In this document: positions 1 through 10,525 of the stretch, piece after piece | Layout of the letters: each line of letters starts with the position of its first letter | How positions within the stretch are numbered: position 1 is the stretch's first letter | From: Lachnospiraceae bacterium | GTDB taxonomy: Bacteria; Bacillota; Clostridia; Lachnospirales; Lachnospiraceae | DNA: 64,000 nt | NCBI GenBank assembly: GCA_024692905.1 | Contig: JAILLY010000066.1 | Coordinates: 2,912 to 66,911 of the forward strand | Direction of reading: 5' to 3' | Notes under the pieces: model-generated | Database searches by the model: none | What the model was told of the DNA's origin: nothing | The model's input: the letters and a program-made list of their open reading frames with translations, nothing else | Program-made: the position numbers and the translations under genes

Positions 1-519
1 ATAGGACATTCCCGTAATATAAAGGTCAAGTACCTGCTTCTCAAAGGAACTTAAGCTCTCATCGATCCTCCGCTCCAGACGTTTGACATTCTCCCGGTCA
101 ATAACAACATCCTCCGGACTTCTGTCGGCTGCGGATCTTAAAACATCAACAAGCCTTGCTTCATCATCCTCATCTCCCCCGTTGCTGTACAGGGAGATAT
201 AGTTGTTAAGCGGGATATGCTTCTTACTGCGTGAACTCTGTATGGCGGTATAGATCTGCCTTGAAATGCACAGATCGGCAAACGTATAGAAACTCGCATC
301 CCTGCCTGAATCATAATCCCTTACGGCTTTGAAGAGACCTATCATTCCTTCCTGGATAAGATCGTCATTATCAGCCCCGAGAATATACATCGACCTGGCC
401 TTGCTTTTTACGAGGTCCTTGTACTTCTCCATGAGATAGTCGGTAACCTCACTGTTCCCGTCACGACTAAGCATTATAAGTTCAACATCCGGTAATCCTT
501 CATATTTTCCGTTATTCAT
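1..519 (-). CDS. sigH: RNA polymerase sigma factor SigH (N-terminal part; C-terminus runs off the left window edge)
   Basis: Absent from the ORF track because it is truncated. Reverse complement from ATG at 519 reads MNNGKYEGLPDVELIMLSRDGNSEVTDYLMEKYKDLVKSKARSMYILGADNDDLIQEGMIGLFKAVRDYD..., which resembles Bacillus SigH region 2. Conserved cysS-mrnC-rlmB-sigH synteny. Confidence 0.8.
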   Translation of the reverse strand, partial: MNNGKYEGLPDVELIMLSRDGNSEVTDYLMEKYKDLVKSKARSMYILGADNDDLIQEGMIGLFKAVRDYDSGRDASFYTFADLCISRQIYTAIQSSRSKKHIPLNNYISLYSNGGDEDDEARLVDVLRSAADRSPEDVVIDRENVKRLERRIDESLSSFEKQVLDLYITGMSY

Positions 520-535
520 GAGACTTATCCCGTTC

Positions 536-1294
536 TTATGATGCAGGTTTCTTCAAAAACTGTCTCTGCCTTACTATCTCATATGCAAGTACTCCGGCAG
601 CAACCGAAGCATTAAGCGATCCTATATCACCCTTCATCGGGATAGATGCGACATAATCGCACTTTTCCCTGACAAGCCGGCTTACTCCCTCACCTTCCGC
701 GCCTATCACCAGCCCTATCGGTCCGGTAAGGTTCTGGTCATACATTACTTCGCCGTCCATATCGGCACATACAAACCAGAGTCCCCGCTTCTTTAACTCA
801 TCAATAGTCCTCGACAGATTCGTGACTCTCGCAACAGGCGTATAATTCAACGCTCCGGCCGATGTCCTTGCAACCACGGGGGTAAGTCCCGCCGCACGGT
901 CCTTGGGGATAATAACGCCGTGTGCTCCGCATATGTTGGCAGTCCTTATTATAGCTCCGAGATTATGCGGATCGACTATATTATCAAGCAGGAAGATAAA
1001 GGGGGGCTCATCCTTTTTTGAAGCAGCATTAAAGATATCATCAATACTTGAATACTCATATGCGGCCGTCTGGGCTATCACACCCTGATGATGTCCGGTG
1101 CTGCTCATCCTGTCCAGAACATCCTTTGTTACGAACTTTATGATCGCCTCACTTTTCTTAGCCTCACGCTTTATTGTCGATATAGGTCCGTCCTGACAGC
1201 CGTCAAGTATATACAGCTTATCTATCGGCCTGCCGGATCTAAGTGCCTCTGTAACGGCATTTCTGCCTTCTATCAATACTTCTTCAAATGCCAT
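536..1294 (-). CDS. rlmB: 23S rRNA (guanosine-2'-O)-methyltransferase, TrmH/SpoU family (RlmB)
   Basis: 252 aa with SpoU motifs (DNIVDPHNLGAIIRTA, GAEGEGVS, IPMKGDIGSLNASVAAGV). Sits in the conserved position after mrnC. Confidence 0.9.
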   Translation of the reverse strand: MAFEEVLIEGRNAVTEALRSGRPIDKLYILDGCQDGPISTIKREAKKSEAIIKFVTKDVLDRMSSTGHHQGVIAQTAAYEYSSIDDIFNAASKKDEPPFIFLLDNIVDPHNLGAIIRTANICGAHGVIIPKDRAAGLTPVVARTSAGALNYTPVARVTNLSRTIDELKKRGLWFVCADMDGEVMYDQNLTGPIGLVIGAEGEGVSRLVREKCDYVASIPMKGDIGSLNASVAAGVLAYEIVRQRQFLKKPAS

Positions 1295-1297
1295 GTT

Positions 1298-1735
1298 CTA
1301 CAACTCCGTTATCACGGAAATCCCCGCCTTTACAAGCCCGACCAGCCGCCCGTTCCGGCCGCACAGATACAGATACCCGATAAGGGCTTCAAGTCCCGTA
1401 GCCATACGGTATTCAGATACCGATGCATTCTTGGCAGTAGTCGGCGACTTGGCGTTCCGTCCTCTTTTATAGACTGCGATCTCTTCATCGGTAAGGATAT
1501 CATTGTCAAGAAATGACCTGACCATAACAGCCTGTGACTGTGCCTTTACAAGTTTACTCGTCTTGCGGTGCAGCACATTTGCCGGACAGTTCGCCTTTTC
1601 GACCAGCACCGTCTTGACCACAAGGTCGAATACGCTGTCACCGATAAAAGCCAGCGCAAGAGGCGAATATCTTAAAGGATCGATCTCATTAAGCGCAAAC
1701 TGCTCTCTTATATTATCATGAATGCCGATCTCCAT
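1298..1735 (-). CDS. mrnC: Mini-ribonuclease 3
   Basis: Motif PLALAFIGDSVFDLVV... is RNase III-like. I trimmed the start to MEIGIH (ATG at 1735) because the longer ORF overlaps the cysS stop at 1737. Confidence 0.85.
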   Translation of the reverse strand: MEIGIHDNIREQFALNEIDPLRYSPLALAFIGDSVFDLVVKTVLVEKANCPANVLHRKTSKLVKAQSQAVMVRSFLDNDILTDEEIAVYKRGRNAKSPTTAKNASVSEYRMATGLEALIGYLYLCGRNGRLVGLVKAGISVITEL

Positions 1736-1736
1736 C

Positions 1737-3134
1737 CTAACCCCTGCTCCAGATGACCCCTTCACGCGTATCCTTGATGATTATGCCTTTTGAGGCAAGC
1801 TCATCCCTTATCGCATCGGCCTTTGCAAAATCCTTTGCTTTCTTTGCCGCGGCTCTCTCCTCGATCTTGGCTTCGATATATGAAGTCAGTTCATCATCGA
1901 TCGCCTCTGTTTCTTTACTCTTAAGCAGGTCAAGACTTAATACGTAGTCAAAATCTTCTATTATCCTGCGCTTTGTCGCACCGTTATGATCTGACTTTAT
2001 CACGTCATATAAAAGAGTCAGCCCCATTGCGGTATTACAGTCGTCACCAACAGCCGTCGCAAACTTTTCATGCCATTCCTTTAATGCAGCCTCATCCACA
2101 TTTCCCTCATCAACGATATTTGCGATGCGGTTCTTTAATTTCCTGTATGTGGCCGCGGTCTGGTCGAGCGTTTCAAACGAAAATGTCAGCGGCTTGCGGT
2201 AATGAGACTGAAGGGCAAAGAGCCTGTAAACGAGAGGATCGTAACCCTTGCTCTCAAGCAGCGAAACAGTCAGAAATTCACCTTTGCTCTTGCTCATCTT
2301 ACCGGACTCATCATTCAAATGATGAACGTGGAACCAGTAATTGCACCATTTATGACCTGTAAATGATTCACTCTGTGCTATCTCATTAGTATGATGCGGG
2401 AACATGTTATCTATACCGCCGCAGTGGATATCAAGCTTTGTTCCCAAATGCTTCATGCTGATGCAGGAGCATTCGATATGCCATCCGGGATATCCGACAC
2501 CCCAGGGACTGTCCCACTTAAGTGCCTGATCCTCGAATTTGGACTTGGTGAACCACAATACAAAATCGTTCTTATTCCGCTTATTTACATCCTCGGTAAC
2601 GTCATCCCTGACGCCGACCATAAGCTCGTCCTCGTTCTGATTGCCGAATACATAATATTCCTTAAGCTTGGAGGTATCGAAATACACGTTCTCCCCGGCC
2701 TTATATGCATATCCCTTCTCGAGGAGTCCCTCTATCATATTTATGAATTCCTTAATACAGTTCGTCGCAGGCTCTACCACATCCGGAGTCTTGATGTTAA
2801 GCTTTGCACAGTCACTAAAGAACGCATCGGTGTAAAACTTTGCGATCTCCATGACCGTCTTGTTCTCTCTTTTGGCACCTTTGAGCATCTTATCCTCGCC
2901 GGTATCCGCATCGGAAGAAAGATGTCCCACATCCGTAATGTTCATAACACGCTTGACATCATAGCCCGAATATCTGAGAAGTTTTTCAAGAACATCTTCA
3001 CAGATATAACTCCTCAGATTTCCGATATGCGCAAAATGATATACGGTGGGGCCGCAGGTATACATGGATACCCTGCCCTCTTCATTGGGTATGAACTCTT
3101 CAACCCTTCTTGTAAGTGAATTATATATCTTCAT
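1737..3134 (-). CDS. cysS: Cysteine--tRNA ligase
   Basis: 465 aa with class I HIGH (HFAHIGN) and KMSKS motifs. Confidence 0.97.
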   Translation of the reverse strand: MKIYNSLTRRVEEFIPNEEGRVSMYTCGPTVYHFAHIGNLRSYICEDVLEKLLRYSGYDVKRVMNITDVGHLSSDADTGEDKMLKGAKRENKTVMEIAKFYTDAFFSDCAKLNIKTPDVVEPATNCIKEFINMIEGLLEKGYAYKAGENVYFDTSKLKEYYVFGNQNEDELMVGVRDDVTEDVNKRNKNDFVLWFTKSKFEDQALKWDSPWGVGYPGWHIECSCISMKHLGTKLDIHCGGIDNMFPHHTNEIAQSESFTGHKWCNYWFHVHHLNDESGKMSKSKGEFLTVSLLESKGYDPLVYRLFALQSHYRKPLTFSFETLDQTAATYRKLKNRIANIVDEGNVDEAALKEWHEKFATAVGDDCNTAMGLTLLYDVIKSDHNGATKRRIIEDFDYVLSLDLLKSKETEAIDDELTSYIEAKIEERAAAKKAKDFAKADAIRDELASKGIIIKDTREGVIWSRG

Positions 3135-3176
3135 ATAAAGACCTCATTTGATGATGTTTGTTATTAATGTTTGTTA

Positions 3177-3848
3177 TTAATGTTCATTCTTTAGCCGTGT
3201 CATCTCATCTTCAAGCTCGGCGATCCTGTCTGCAAGGAGCGAATTCATCTTCTTAAGATCGCGGATATCGTCGCTTATAGGATCCGGCAGATGAACCTGA
3301 TCCATGGTCTCCCGCGGTATAACAACTTCATTCCCCCGCCTTATTATCCTTCCCGGGACACCGACAACGGTACAGTTGGGCGGAACCTCTTCAAGTACGA
3401 CAGAACCTGCTCCTATCTTGCTGTTCGCGCCTATGGTGAACGACCCTAAAACCTTGGCTCCGGCCGAGACCATGACATTATCTTCAAGCGTCGGATGTCT
3501 TTTACCCGTCTCCTTACCGGTACCTCCGAGAGTCACCCCCTGATAAAGCGTCACGTCATTTCCGATCACCGTAGTCTCACCGATAACGACACCGCTCCCG
3601 TGATCGATGAAAAACCCGGTCCCGATACATGCGCCCGGATGGATCTCTATTCCGGTCTTTCTCACAGCTCGCTGTGAGATATATCTTGCAAGAAGATAAT
3701 GCTTTCCCTTATAAAACTTATGAGCAAGCCTGTAATGAAGCATTGCCCTGAAACTGGGATAAAGAAAAACCTCCATCGATGAATGGATGGCGGGATCTCT
3801 TTCACGTATGACTCTTATTTCTTCCTTGATCTTCTTAATAAATCCCAT
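3177..3848 (-). CDS. cysE: Serine O-acetyltransferase (housekeeping copy)
   Basis: Hexapeptide-repeat SAT (GIEIHPGACIGTGFFIDHGSGVVIGETTVIGNDVTLYQGVTLGG). Start trimmed to MGFIKK (ATG 3848), which has GGAG 9 nt upstream. The longer ORF overlaps ispF. Confidence 0.9.
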   Translation of the reverse strand: MGFIKKIKEEIRVIRERDPAIHSSMEVFLYPSFRAMLHYRLAHKFYKGKHYLLARYISQRAVRKTGIEIHPGACIGTGFFIDHGSGVVIGETTVIGNDVTLYQGVTLGGTGKETGKRHPTLEDNVMVSAGAKVLGSFTIGANSKIGAGSVVLEEVPPNCTVVGVPGRIIRRGNEVVIPRETMDQVHLPDPISDDIRDLKKMNSLLADRIAELEDEMTRLKNEH

Positions 3849-3867
3849 CTGTTTATCTCCGTGATCA

Positions 3868-4413
3868 TTAATCCCCGGCTGCGTCAATCCGCGGACAGGT
3901 GCCGCATCCGCCGCAGGCTCCCCCATAGGACATGGAATCACGTACCGAACTTAGCAGACATATCGCCTGGGCGGATATGCCTTCACCGCTTCCTGTAAAG
4001 CCAAGCCCTTCCTCCGTCGTGGCCTTGATATTGACCTGCGAAACCTCTATCATGAGCGCTTCTGAAATACATCTGCGCATATCCTCAATATAAGGGCTCA
4101 TCTTCGGCTTCTGCGCTATCACCGTCGCATCAATGTTGTCAATGATGTAATGCGCATCCTCTATAAGCGTTCCGACGCGCCTTAACAGTTTGACACTGTC
4201 AGCATCCTTATATTCATCATCTGTATCCGGAAAGTGTCTCCCTATGTCGCCAAGTGCGGCTGCACCCAAAAGGGCATCCATTATGGCATGCAATAGGACA
4301 TCCGCATCCGAATGTCCCAGCAATCCTTTCTCATAAGGAATCTTTACACCACCGATCACCAGTTCACGGCCTTCTGTAAGGCGGTGAACATCATAACCAA
4401 TTCCAACCCGCAT
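3868..4413 (-). CDS. ispF: 2-C-methyl-D-erythritol 2,4-cyclodiphosphate synthase
   Basis: [12 protein letters not shown]...[12 protein letters not shown]... is the IspF signature. It carries a C-terminal tail of about 20 aa that is Gly/Cys rich. Confidence 0.9.
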   Translation of the reverse strand: MRVGIGYDVHRLTEGRELVIGGVKIPYEKGLLGHSDADVLLHAIMDALLGAAALGDIGRHFPDTDDEYKDADSVKLLRRVGTLIEDAHYIIDNIDATVIAQKPKMSPYIEDMRRCISEALMIEVSQVNIKATTEEGLGFTGSGEGISAQAICLLSSVRDSMSYGGACGGCGTCPRIDAAGD

Positions 4414-4432
4414 ATTTACCGTCCGTTCAAAA

Positions 4433-5749
4433 CTATTTGGCCATATCTGTCAGGAAAATAGTCATTTCTTCAACTTCTCCCGCCTTATCAATAAAGAACA
4501 TCATGCTGTACTTGCCGCGCTCGTAAACGACCTGCTCACGTCCTCCTGCAAGCCTCGTAACTATGCCTTCGCCGTAGATCTCCTCAAGTTCCGAAACACT
4601 CGTGCCGATACCTGCGCCTTCAGCCGTGGTAAATCCGCCCGATGTAACATCTATCTGGGATACAACATAATCTTCTACCGATGAAGGATCCAGATCGCTG
4701 TAGTATATCTCATAGCCGTCAAACTGCTGCATATAGGTTTGTGCGCCGTCCTTTGCATCGACTATCATTCCTTTTATCTTGTTTTGGCCATCAGCCAGTG
4801 CATCAATATCGATCGATGAACCGAGCGAAACATCAAGTCCGCCGAGTCCGGGAATGCTCATGATATTCCTGATGTCCGAATCCTGCATCATATCATAAAG
4901 ATCATACAGGAAGGAACCGTCCCAGTTCACATCCTCCATATCATCGCTCCAATAGTTCATGGATATCCTCACCTGGCCATTATCATCCTTTTCAAGCACA
5001 GTCAGCGCAAACGGAAGATCGTCTCCAACCTTTCGCATCATGACAACGTAGATATCGTTATAATAGAATCCGCCGTCACATACAAGATCCACGGTATTAA
5101 GCATCTCATCTATATACAATGCTCTGTTGCCCGTCTTTCCGGAGAACCTTACCGGCTGGTCAAGATCCTTATTACTTATGCCAAGAGTATTAAAGAGAGC
5201 ATCGTTTACCGCATCTTCGGGTATCTTCGCAACATATCCATCCTTATCATCTTCCCGGCCGAGTTCCTCCATGACACCGGTATCCCTCCTGAACACCTCC
5301 ATAACATCGCAAGCCTCGGGCCTCTCATAGGTACTCAGAAGAAAACCGTTCACGCTTTCATCATTGAAATATACATTGAAAAATTCCATGTCGTCGGCGC
5401 TGAGAACGTCATATACTGCATTTTCACCTATATACGAATTAACCTCCTGCTGGCCGGCTTCTATAAGTCCTTCAACCTCATCTTCGGTAACGGGAGTACT
5501 TATCCACGGGTTATTGGCCCATGCGTCAGCCTTATACCATTCCATAACCGCATTGGCTTCATCTATTCCCTGCTGAACGGATTCCCTTATCTCTCCGACA
5601 TATCCGCTTATCTCTTCAACCGAATCCGAAACCTCGTCAACCGTACGGGTAACATCGGAAATGACTGACGGATCCAGCTGTTCAGTATTACAAGCTGCCA
5701 AACCGATACAGACAATCCCTGCAGTTAACATCAATATAAGTTTTTTCAT
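4433..5749 (-). CDS. Hypothetical lipoprotein
   Basis: Signal peptide plus lipobox ([20 protein letters not shown]). Start at ATG 5749 with GGGAGG upstream. I recognised no family. Confidence 0.6.
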   Translation of the reverse strand: MKKLILMLTAGIVCIGLAACNTEQLDPSVISDVTRTVDEVSDSVEEISGYVGEIRESVQQGIDEANAVMEWYKADAWANNPWISTPVTEDEVEGLIEAGQQEVNSYIGENAVYDVLSADDMEFFNVYFNDESVNGFLLSTYERPEACDVMEVFRRDTGVMEELGREDDKDGYVAKIPEDAVNDALFNTLGISNKDLDQPVRFSGKTGNRALYIDEMLNTVDLVCDGGFYYNDIYVVMMRKVGDDLPFALTVLEKDDNGQVRISMNYWSDDMEDVNWDGSFLYDLYDMMQDSDIRNIMSIPGLGGLDVSLGSSIDIDALADGQNKIKGMIVDAKDGAQTYMQQFDGYEIYYSDLDPSSVEDYVVSQIDVTSGGFTTAEGAGIGTSVSELEEIYGEGIVTRLAGGREQVVYERGKYSMMFFIDKAGEVEEMTIFLTDMAK

Positions 5750-5862
5750 GCCGGAACCTCCCAAATATTTGTCATAATTACGCTACCCTAAAGTCTGTTA
5801 TTATATTATATACTGTATTTTCGATAAATAAAAGTTATAATTTATACGATTTAATATTTCCC

Positions 5863-5892
5863 TTGACAATGAATATAAATGATGAGTATAAT
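5863..5892 (+). promoter_or_regulatory. Sigma-A type promoter for tRNA-Met
   Basis: TTGACA (5863-5868), 18 nt spacer, TATAAT (5887-5892), about 30 nt upstream of the tRNA. Confidence 0.6.
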
Positions 5893-5922
5893 AGCAAAGC
5901 GGGTCTGACCCGAATATAATGT

Positions 5923-5996
5923 GGCGAGATGGCTCAACTGGCTAGAGCGTCCGGTTCATACCCGGGAGGTTGAGAGTTCAAGTCTCTCTCTCGCTA
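5923..5996 (+). tRNA. tRNA with CAT anticodon (Met, or Ile2 if lysidine-modified); CCA not encoded
   Basis: Hand-folded cloverleaf. Acceptor GGCGAGA/TCTCGCT (G1-U72 wobble), D arm GCTC-AACTGGCTA-GAGC, anticodon stem TCCGG/CCGGG with loop TTCATAC, T arm GAGAG-TTCAAGT-CTCTC. Confidence 0.85.
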
Positions 5997-5999
5997 CTA

Positions 6000-6040
6000 A
6001 AAAGATAACCCCATGCCGTACGGCATGGGGTTATTCTTTT
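6000..6040. terminator. Bidirectional rho-independent terminator (tRNA on plus, rny on minus)
   Basis: Perfect 13-bp stem ATAACCCCATGCC/GGCATGGGGTTAT, flanked by an A-run upstream and TCTTTT downstream. It lies between the tRNA 3' end and the rny stop at 6044. Confidence 0.8.
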
Positions 6041-6043
6041 AAT

Positions 6044-7597
6044 CTACTTCGCGAAGTCGGTCACACGGCTTTCGCGTATAACATTTACCTTGATCTGACC
6101 CGGATATTCCATCTCTTCTTCGATCTTCTTCGAGATATCTCTGGCGAGCAATACCATATCCGCATCATTTACCTGCTCAGGAACTACCATTATACGGACC
6201 TCTCGGCCTGCCTGAATAGCAAAAGATTTATCGACTCCCTTAAAGGAATTTGTGATATCTTCAAGCTGTTTTAATCTGTTGGTGTATGTCTCCAATGTTT
6301 CTCTTCTTGCACCCGGACGGGCTGCCGAGATAGTATCGGCTGCCTGAACCAGTACCGCAACAAGAGACTGCGGCTCAACATCACCGTGGTGTGCTTCAAC
6401 CGCATTAATGATCGTTGCTGACTCCTTATACTTCCGGCACAGATCCACACCCAGCTGTATGTGCGAACCTTCCATCTCATGATCAACTGCCTTGCCTATG
6501 TCATGCAGAAGACCGGCCCTCTTGGCCAGACGCACATCCGCTCCGATCTCGGAAGCAAGAAGACCGCATAATAATGAGACTTCAATGGAATGCTTAAGAA
6601 CATTCTGACCATAACTCGTCCTGAACTTAAGCCTGCCCAAAAGTTTGATGAGCTCGGGATGGATGCCATGAACACCAACCTCGAGAGTGGCGGATTCTCC
6701 TTCCTCGCGGATCATCGTCTCCACTTCCTTCTGAGCCTTTTCAACCATCTCTTCGATCCTTGCCGGATGTATACGTCCGTCGACGATCAGCTTCTCAAGG
6801 GCAATCCGTGCCACTTCTCGTCTTATGGGATCGAAGCCCGACAAAACTACGGCCTCGGGGGTGTCATCTATTATAAGATCGACACCTGTCATCGTCTCGA
6901 GGGTCCTTATATTACGTCCCTCACGGCCGATGATCCTTCCTTTCATTTCATCGTTAGGCAAAGGAACGACCGAAATCGTCGTTTCGGCTACGTGATCGGC
7001 CGCACATCTCTGAATGGCGTTAACAACGTACTCCTTAGCCTTCTTGTCTGCCTCCTCTTTGGCCTTGTTCTCAAGTTCCTTGATGAGGATGGCAGTCTCG
7101 TGTTTCACATCATCTTCAACAGTTCTTAACAGATACTCTTTTGCTTGTTCAGAGGTCAATCCGGAGATCCTCTCCAGTTCCTGTACACGCTGTTCATTAA
7201 GCTTGGAAATCTGTTCCTTCTGCTTTGCAAGTGCTTCTTCCTTCTGGGCGAAACCGGCTTCACGCTTTTCGATGGCATCAGTCTTCTTGTCAAGATTCTC
7301 TTCCTTCTGCTGCATCCTGCGTTCCATGCGCTGCAGCTCTGCCCGTCTCTCCTTGGTCTCCTTCTCAATGTCATTCCTGGCACGGATGGATTCCTCCTTG
7401 ACCTCGAGCAGCCCTTCGCGCTTCTTGGCTTCGGCAGTCTTGAGGGCTTCATCGATTATCTCACGGGCCTTCTGCTCCGCGTTACCGATCTTCTCCTCAT
7501 CGGATTTCCTTTTGCTCTCATATCCGAACTTATATGCCGCAAAACATCCGATCACCAGAAGAACTACCGCAACTGCAATAATGATAACATATTGCAC
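6044..7597 (-). CDS. rny: Ribonuclease Y
   Basis: N-terminal TM helix, coiled-coil, KH domain ([12 protein letters not shown]) and HD domain (LLHDIGKA). Likely start is GTG at 7597, 6 nt after AGGAGG. The ORF-track ATG at 7630 lies upstream of that RBS. Confidence 0.93.
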   Translation of the reverse strand: MQYVIIIAVAVVLLVIGCFAAYKFGYESKRKSDEEKIGNAEQKAREIIDEALKTAEAKKREGLLEVKEESIRARNDIEKETKERRAELQRMERRMQQKEENLDKKTDAIEKREAGFAQKEEALAKQKEQISKLNEQRVQELERISGLTSEQAKEYLLRTVEDDVKHETAILIKELENKAKEEADKKAKEYVVNAIQRCAADHVAETTISVVPLPNDEMKGRIIGREGRNIRTLETMTGVDLIIDDTPEAVVLSGFDPIRREVARIALEKLIVDGRIHPARIEEMVEKAQKEVETMIREEGESATLEVGVHGIHPELIKLLGRLKFRTSYGQNVLKHSIEVSLLCGLLASEIGADVRLAKRAGLLHDIGKAVDHEMEGSHIQLGVDLCRKYKESATIINAVEAHHGDVEPQSLVAVLVQAADTISAARPGARRETLETYTNRLKQLEDITNSFKGVDKSFAIQAGREVRIMVVPEQVNDADMVLLARDISKKIEEEMEYPGQIKVNVIRESRVTDFAK

Positions 7598-7703
7598 AGG
7601 GCACCTCCTTATAAAGTTTTCATTGTACAATTATGTAGAATACTTACTTAAGTAAAGTAACTATTCAATCCTAAAAAAATACAACATATAAATATTAAAC
7701 TGT

Positions 7704-8324
7704 TTATAATGTTATGTCAAGCAGTACTTTGTCAAGGACACGCTCTGTCTTGTCGATCGGAAAGCCCTTTCCATACATGTATGAAAGCAGTTTTCTCCTT
7801 GAAACCTCATCCCATCCGGTAACCCTTGCGATCCGTTTGCGTATGAGTTTTTCGATAAGTTCCTCCTCTTCTCCCTCATCAGAAAACTCGCTCATAACCA
7901 TGGATATGACCCTGTCATCAATTCCCTTTTCCTTAAGCTTGCTTATAAGTTCTCTCCTGCTCCTTGTTAAGATATGAGCCGTCACATAATCCCTTGCATA
8001 CCTTACGTCGTCGACATAGCCGTAGGACATCACGTACCCGACCGCATCGTCTATGATATCATCGGGATAAAGCGACTCCTTAAGCTTCCGCCTTAACATG
8101 AACTCGGTATAATCCCTTGACTTAAGGAGATTCATTGCCCTTAACCTGGCCCTGCGGCCCAAAACTTCCGTCCTTATATCGTTTATGATATCATCAGGCA
8201 GTTCTTCGCCCTCTATAATGCCATATTCAGACAATTCGCCCTTGTATAAAACAAAGGCGAATTGATCATTTAAATATATTTTATACTTACCCTTACGGTA
8301 TTCCGTGATACCGGTCACAGTCAT
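7704..8324 (-). CDS. recX: Recombination regulator RecX
   Basis: 206 aa immediately downstream of recA. Repeated helical RecX-type modules (YLLRR.., RKLKEKG). Confidence 0.8.
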   Translation of the reverse strand: MTVTGITEYRKGKYKIYLNDQFAFVLYKGELSEYGIIEGEELPDDIINDIRTEVLGRRARLRAMNLLKSRDYTEFMLRRKLKESLYPDDIIDDAVGYVMSYGYVDDVRYARDYVTAHILTRSRRELISKLKEKGIDDRVISMVMSEFSDEGEEEELIEKLIRKRIARVTGWDEVSRRKLLSYMYGKGFPIDKTERVLDKVLLDITL

Positions 8325-8338
8325 GCGGAAAGCCTCCG

Positions 8339-9373
8339 TTATTCTTCTCCGGGGTCATCAGTTCCTTCACCGGCGGAACCCGTCAGACCGTAATGCTCCC
8401 TTACTTTGGCTTCAACTTCCTTGAGTATCTCGGGATTCTGCTCGAAATAAAGCTTGGTATTCTCGCGGCCCTGACCTATCTTCTGACCGTTATATGAATA
8501 CCATGCGCCCGACTTGACGATAACATCGATATTGGCTGCAAGATCTACTATATCGCCTATCATAGAGATACCCTTACCGAACATGATATCAAACTCGGCT
8601 TCCTTGAAAGGAGGCGCTATCTTGTTCTTGACGACCTTGACACGCGTGCGGTTTCCGATGACTTCACCGCCCTGTTTGAGCGCCTCTATCCTTCTGACAT
8701 CAAGCCTGACCGAAGAATAAAACTTGAGTGCACGGCCGCCCGTGGTTGTCTCGGGATTTCCGAACATCACGCCAACCTTCTCTCTGAGCTGGTTAATGAA
8801 TACAACGGTACAATTGGACTTGGATATTACCGCTGTAAGCTTGCGCAGCGCCTGGGACATGAGACGGGCCTGAAGGCCGACATGGGAATCGCCCATATCA
8901 CCGTCTATTTCAGCCTTCGGGACAAGTGCCGCAACGGAATCCACAACAATTATGTCAACCGCTCCCGACCTTACCATGGTTTCGGTGATCTCAAGAGCCT
9001 GCTCACCGTTATCAGGCTGGGAAATATACAGATTATCTATGTCGACTCCGATATTCCTTGCATAAACCGGATCAAGTGCATGTTCCGCATCTATGAAACC
9101 GGCTATTCCTCCCCTTTTCTGGACTTCGGCTATCATATGAAGGGTAACGGTGGTCTTACCGGAAGACTCAGGTCCATAGATCTCAATGATCCTCCCCTTC
9201 GGGATGCCGCCGAGTCCGAGTGCGATATCAAGGCTGAGCGAACCGGTAGGGATCGTCTCAACATTCATGTGATTGGCCGTATCGCCAAGTTTCATTACCG
9301 AACCCTTGCCGTACTCCTTCTCTATCTTGGATAATGCTACTTCCAATGCCTTAAGCTTTTCTTCTCTTTCCAT
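8339..9373 (-). CDS. recA: Recombinase RecA
   Basis: Walker [10 protein letters not shown] and typical RecA sequence throughout. Start trimmed to MEREEK (ATG 9373, AAGGAGA upstream). The longer ORF-track start lies inside the promoter. Confidence 0.97.
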   Translation of the reverse strand: MEREEKLKALEVALSKIEKEYGKGSVMKLGDTANHMNVETIPTGSLSLDIALGLGGIPKGRIIEIYGPESSGKTTVTLHMIAEVQKRGGIAGFIDAEHALDPVYARNIGVDIDNLYISQPDNGEQALEITETMVRSGAVDIIVVDSVAALVPKAEIDGDMGDSHVGLQARLMSQALRKLTAVISKSNCTVVFINQLREKVGVMFGNPETTTGGRALKFYSSVRLDVRRIEALKQGGEVIGNRTRVKVVKNKIAPPFKEAEFDIMFGKGISMIGDIVDLAANIDVIVKSGAWYSYNGQKIGQGRENTKLYFEQNPEILKEVEAKVREHYGLTGSAGEGTDDPGEE

Positions 9374-9439
9374 ATTATTCTCCTTTACACTCCCGCAGGA
9401 TCCCCTCCCGGATATTTTGATAAAATGAACGCATTGCCA

Positions 9440-9453
9440 CGAACAAGCGTTCG
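9440..9453 (-). promoter_or_regulatory. LexA (DinR) SOS box, Cheo-box type
   Basis: CGAACAAGCGTTCG is a perfect palindromic match to Firmicute CGAAC-N4-GTTCG. It sits between the recA -10 and the RBS. Confidence 0.8.
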
Positions 9454-9464
9454 CTACGAGATAC

Positions 9465-9493
9465 AATATAAAACATCTGTTCGGGTTTGTCAA
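9465..9493 (-). promoter_or_regulatory. recA promoter with a second, imperfect SOS box in the spacer
   Basis: Minus strand TTGACA (9493-9488), 17 nt spacer, TATATT (9470-9465). The spacer plus -10 contains CGAACAGATGTTTT (9483-9470). Confidence 0.65.
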
Positions 9494-9655
9494 GCGGTTT
9501 TTTGAATTTAGTGGTATTTTGATACCGGCAATACATACCTGCCGATCTTAACGTCAATAATACTACGGGATTTGGAATAAAATGCGACGTAAACGGGACA
9601 GATGAGCCAAATTCCCGCAATGTCACGATTCCTTACATAAGATCCGTACATAAGA

Positions 9656-10492
9656 TCAGGAGAAATTCTTCTCGCTGTAATACTCGAGGACACACATCCT
9701 GAGAAGTGCCAGAGCCGCAGATGCCGCCTGAAGACGTATCTGCATCCTGTCTCCGGTAAAATTGTACTTTACGACCTTGGTCTTGCCGCAAACGCTGCAT
9801 CCAATGTATACAAGGCCCACCGGCTTATCGTCACTTCCGCCGTCGGGTCCGGCGATCCCGGTCGTCGAGAGGGTCACATTGGTCTTTGATACTGCCGCAC
9901 AGCCCTTGACCATTTCTTTTGCGGTCTGTTCACTTACCGCACCGTATTTTAAGAGAGTACTCTTTTTAACGCCAAGCCTTGCTCTCTTGGCCTTGTTTGC
10001 ATATGTAATGAAGCCTTCCTTGAAAACCTCGGAAGCTCCGGGAACATCGATTATCCTTGAAGCCACCATACCGCCGGTACAGGATTCGCATGTCGAGAGG
10101 ACCAGCGAATTGGTACGCAGCAGATCTACCACGGATTCCTCCAAAGTGGTATCTTTATCAGTCGAATATATATTGAGGCCGAACCTGTTCTTTATCTCCT
10201 TTACCACGGACTTGCCCGTCTTCTTGGCGGAACTGGTCCCATCGCCGGTTGCTTCAAGCATAATGTGGACTTCACCGGGTATCGTTTCAATGGTAAGTTT
10301 GGGGTTTTCAAGCACAGTCAGATCGCTTATCTTTTCACGCACCTGATCCTCGGTCATCTGGCATATCCTGAAATACTTGACAAAACGCCCGTCATCTTCC
10401 GGTAACGTTTCGTCGTATGAATCTTCACCGGAAACAGCCGTCTTATCGGGTACTATCTTTGATTCTTTAACCTTATCCTTGTCCTTTGACAT
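9656..10492 (-). CDS. CinA-family protein with C-terminal PncC (NMN amidohydrolase) domain; N-terminal MoCF domain absent
   Basis: C-terminal CESCTGGMVASRIIDVPGASEVF...GAVSEQTAKEM...TGIAGPDGG matches CinA_C. Sits in the conserved pgsA-cinA-recA position. Only 278 aa. Confidence 0.8.
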   Translation of the reverse strand: MSKDKDKVKESKIVPDKTAVSGEDSYDETLPEDDGRFVKYFRICQMTEDQVREKISDLTVLENPKLTIETIPGEVHIMLEATGDGTSSAKKTGKSVVKEIKNRFGLNIYSTDKDTTLEESVVDLLRTNSLVLSTCESCTGGMVASRIIDVPGASEVFKEGFITYANKAKRARLGVKKSTLLKYGAVSEQTAKEMVKGCAAVSKTNVTLSTTGIAGPDGGSDDKPVGLVYIGCSVCGKTKVVKYNFTGDRMQIRLQAASAALALLRMCVLEYYSEKNFS

Positions 10493-10525
10493 CCCAATAC
10501 CCCTTCCGATTCGGGAATGATCCGT

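Noticed and set aside
3868-3941. Overlapping alternative frames at the ispF/cysE junction suggesting a T-box or attenuator for cysE-cysS, as in Bacillus
   Set aside because: Only 19 nt separate the ispF stop and the cysE ATG, which leaves no room for a leader RNA. The apparent overlap comes from the over-extended cysE ORF.
9374-9493. N-terminally extended ORF-track starts (recA 9493, cysE 3941, yicC 14241, cobQ 43404, uraA 29537, potD 36450, LysM 33306, PAP2 34154, tusA 51224 and others)
   Set aside because: The extensions run through promoters or upstream genes and encode non-conserved residues. Internal ATG/GTG codons with good Shine-Dalgarno spacing match the expected family N-termini.
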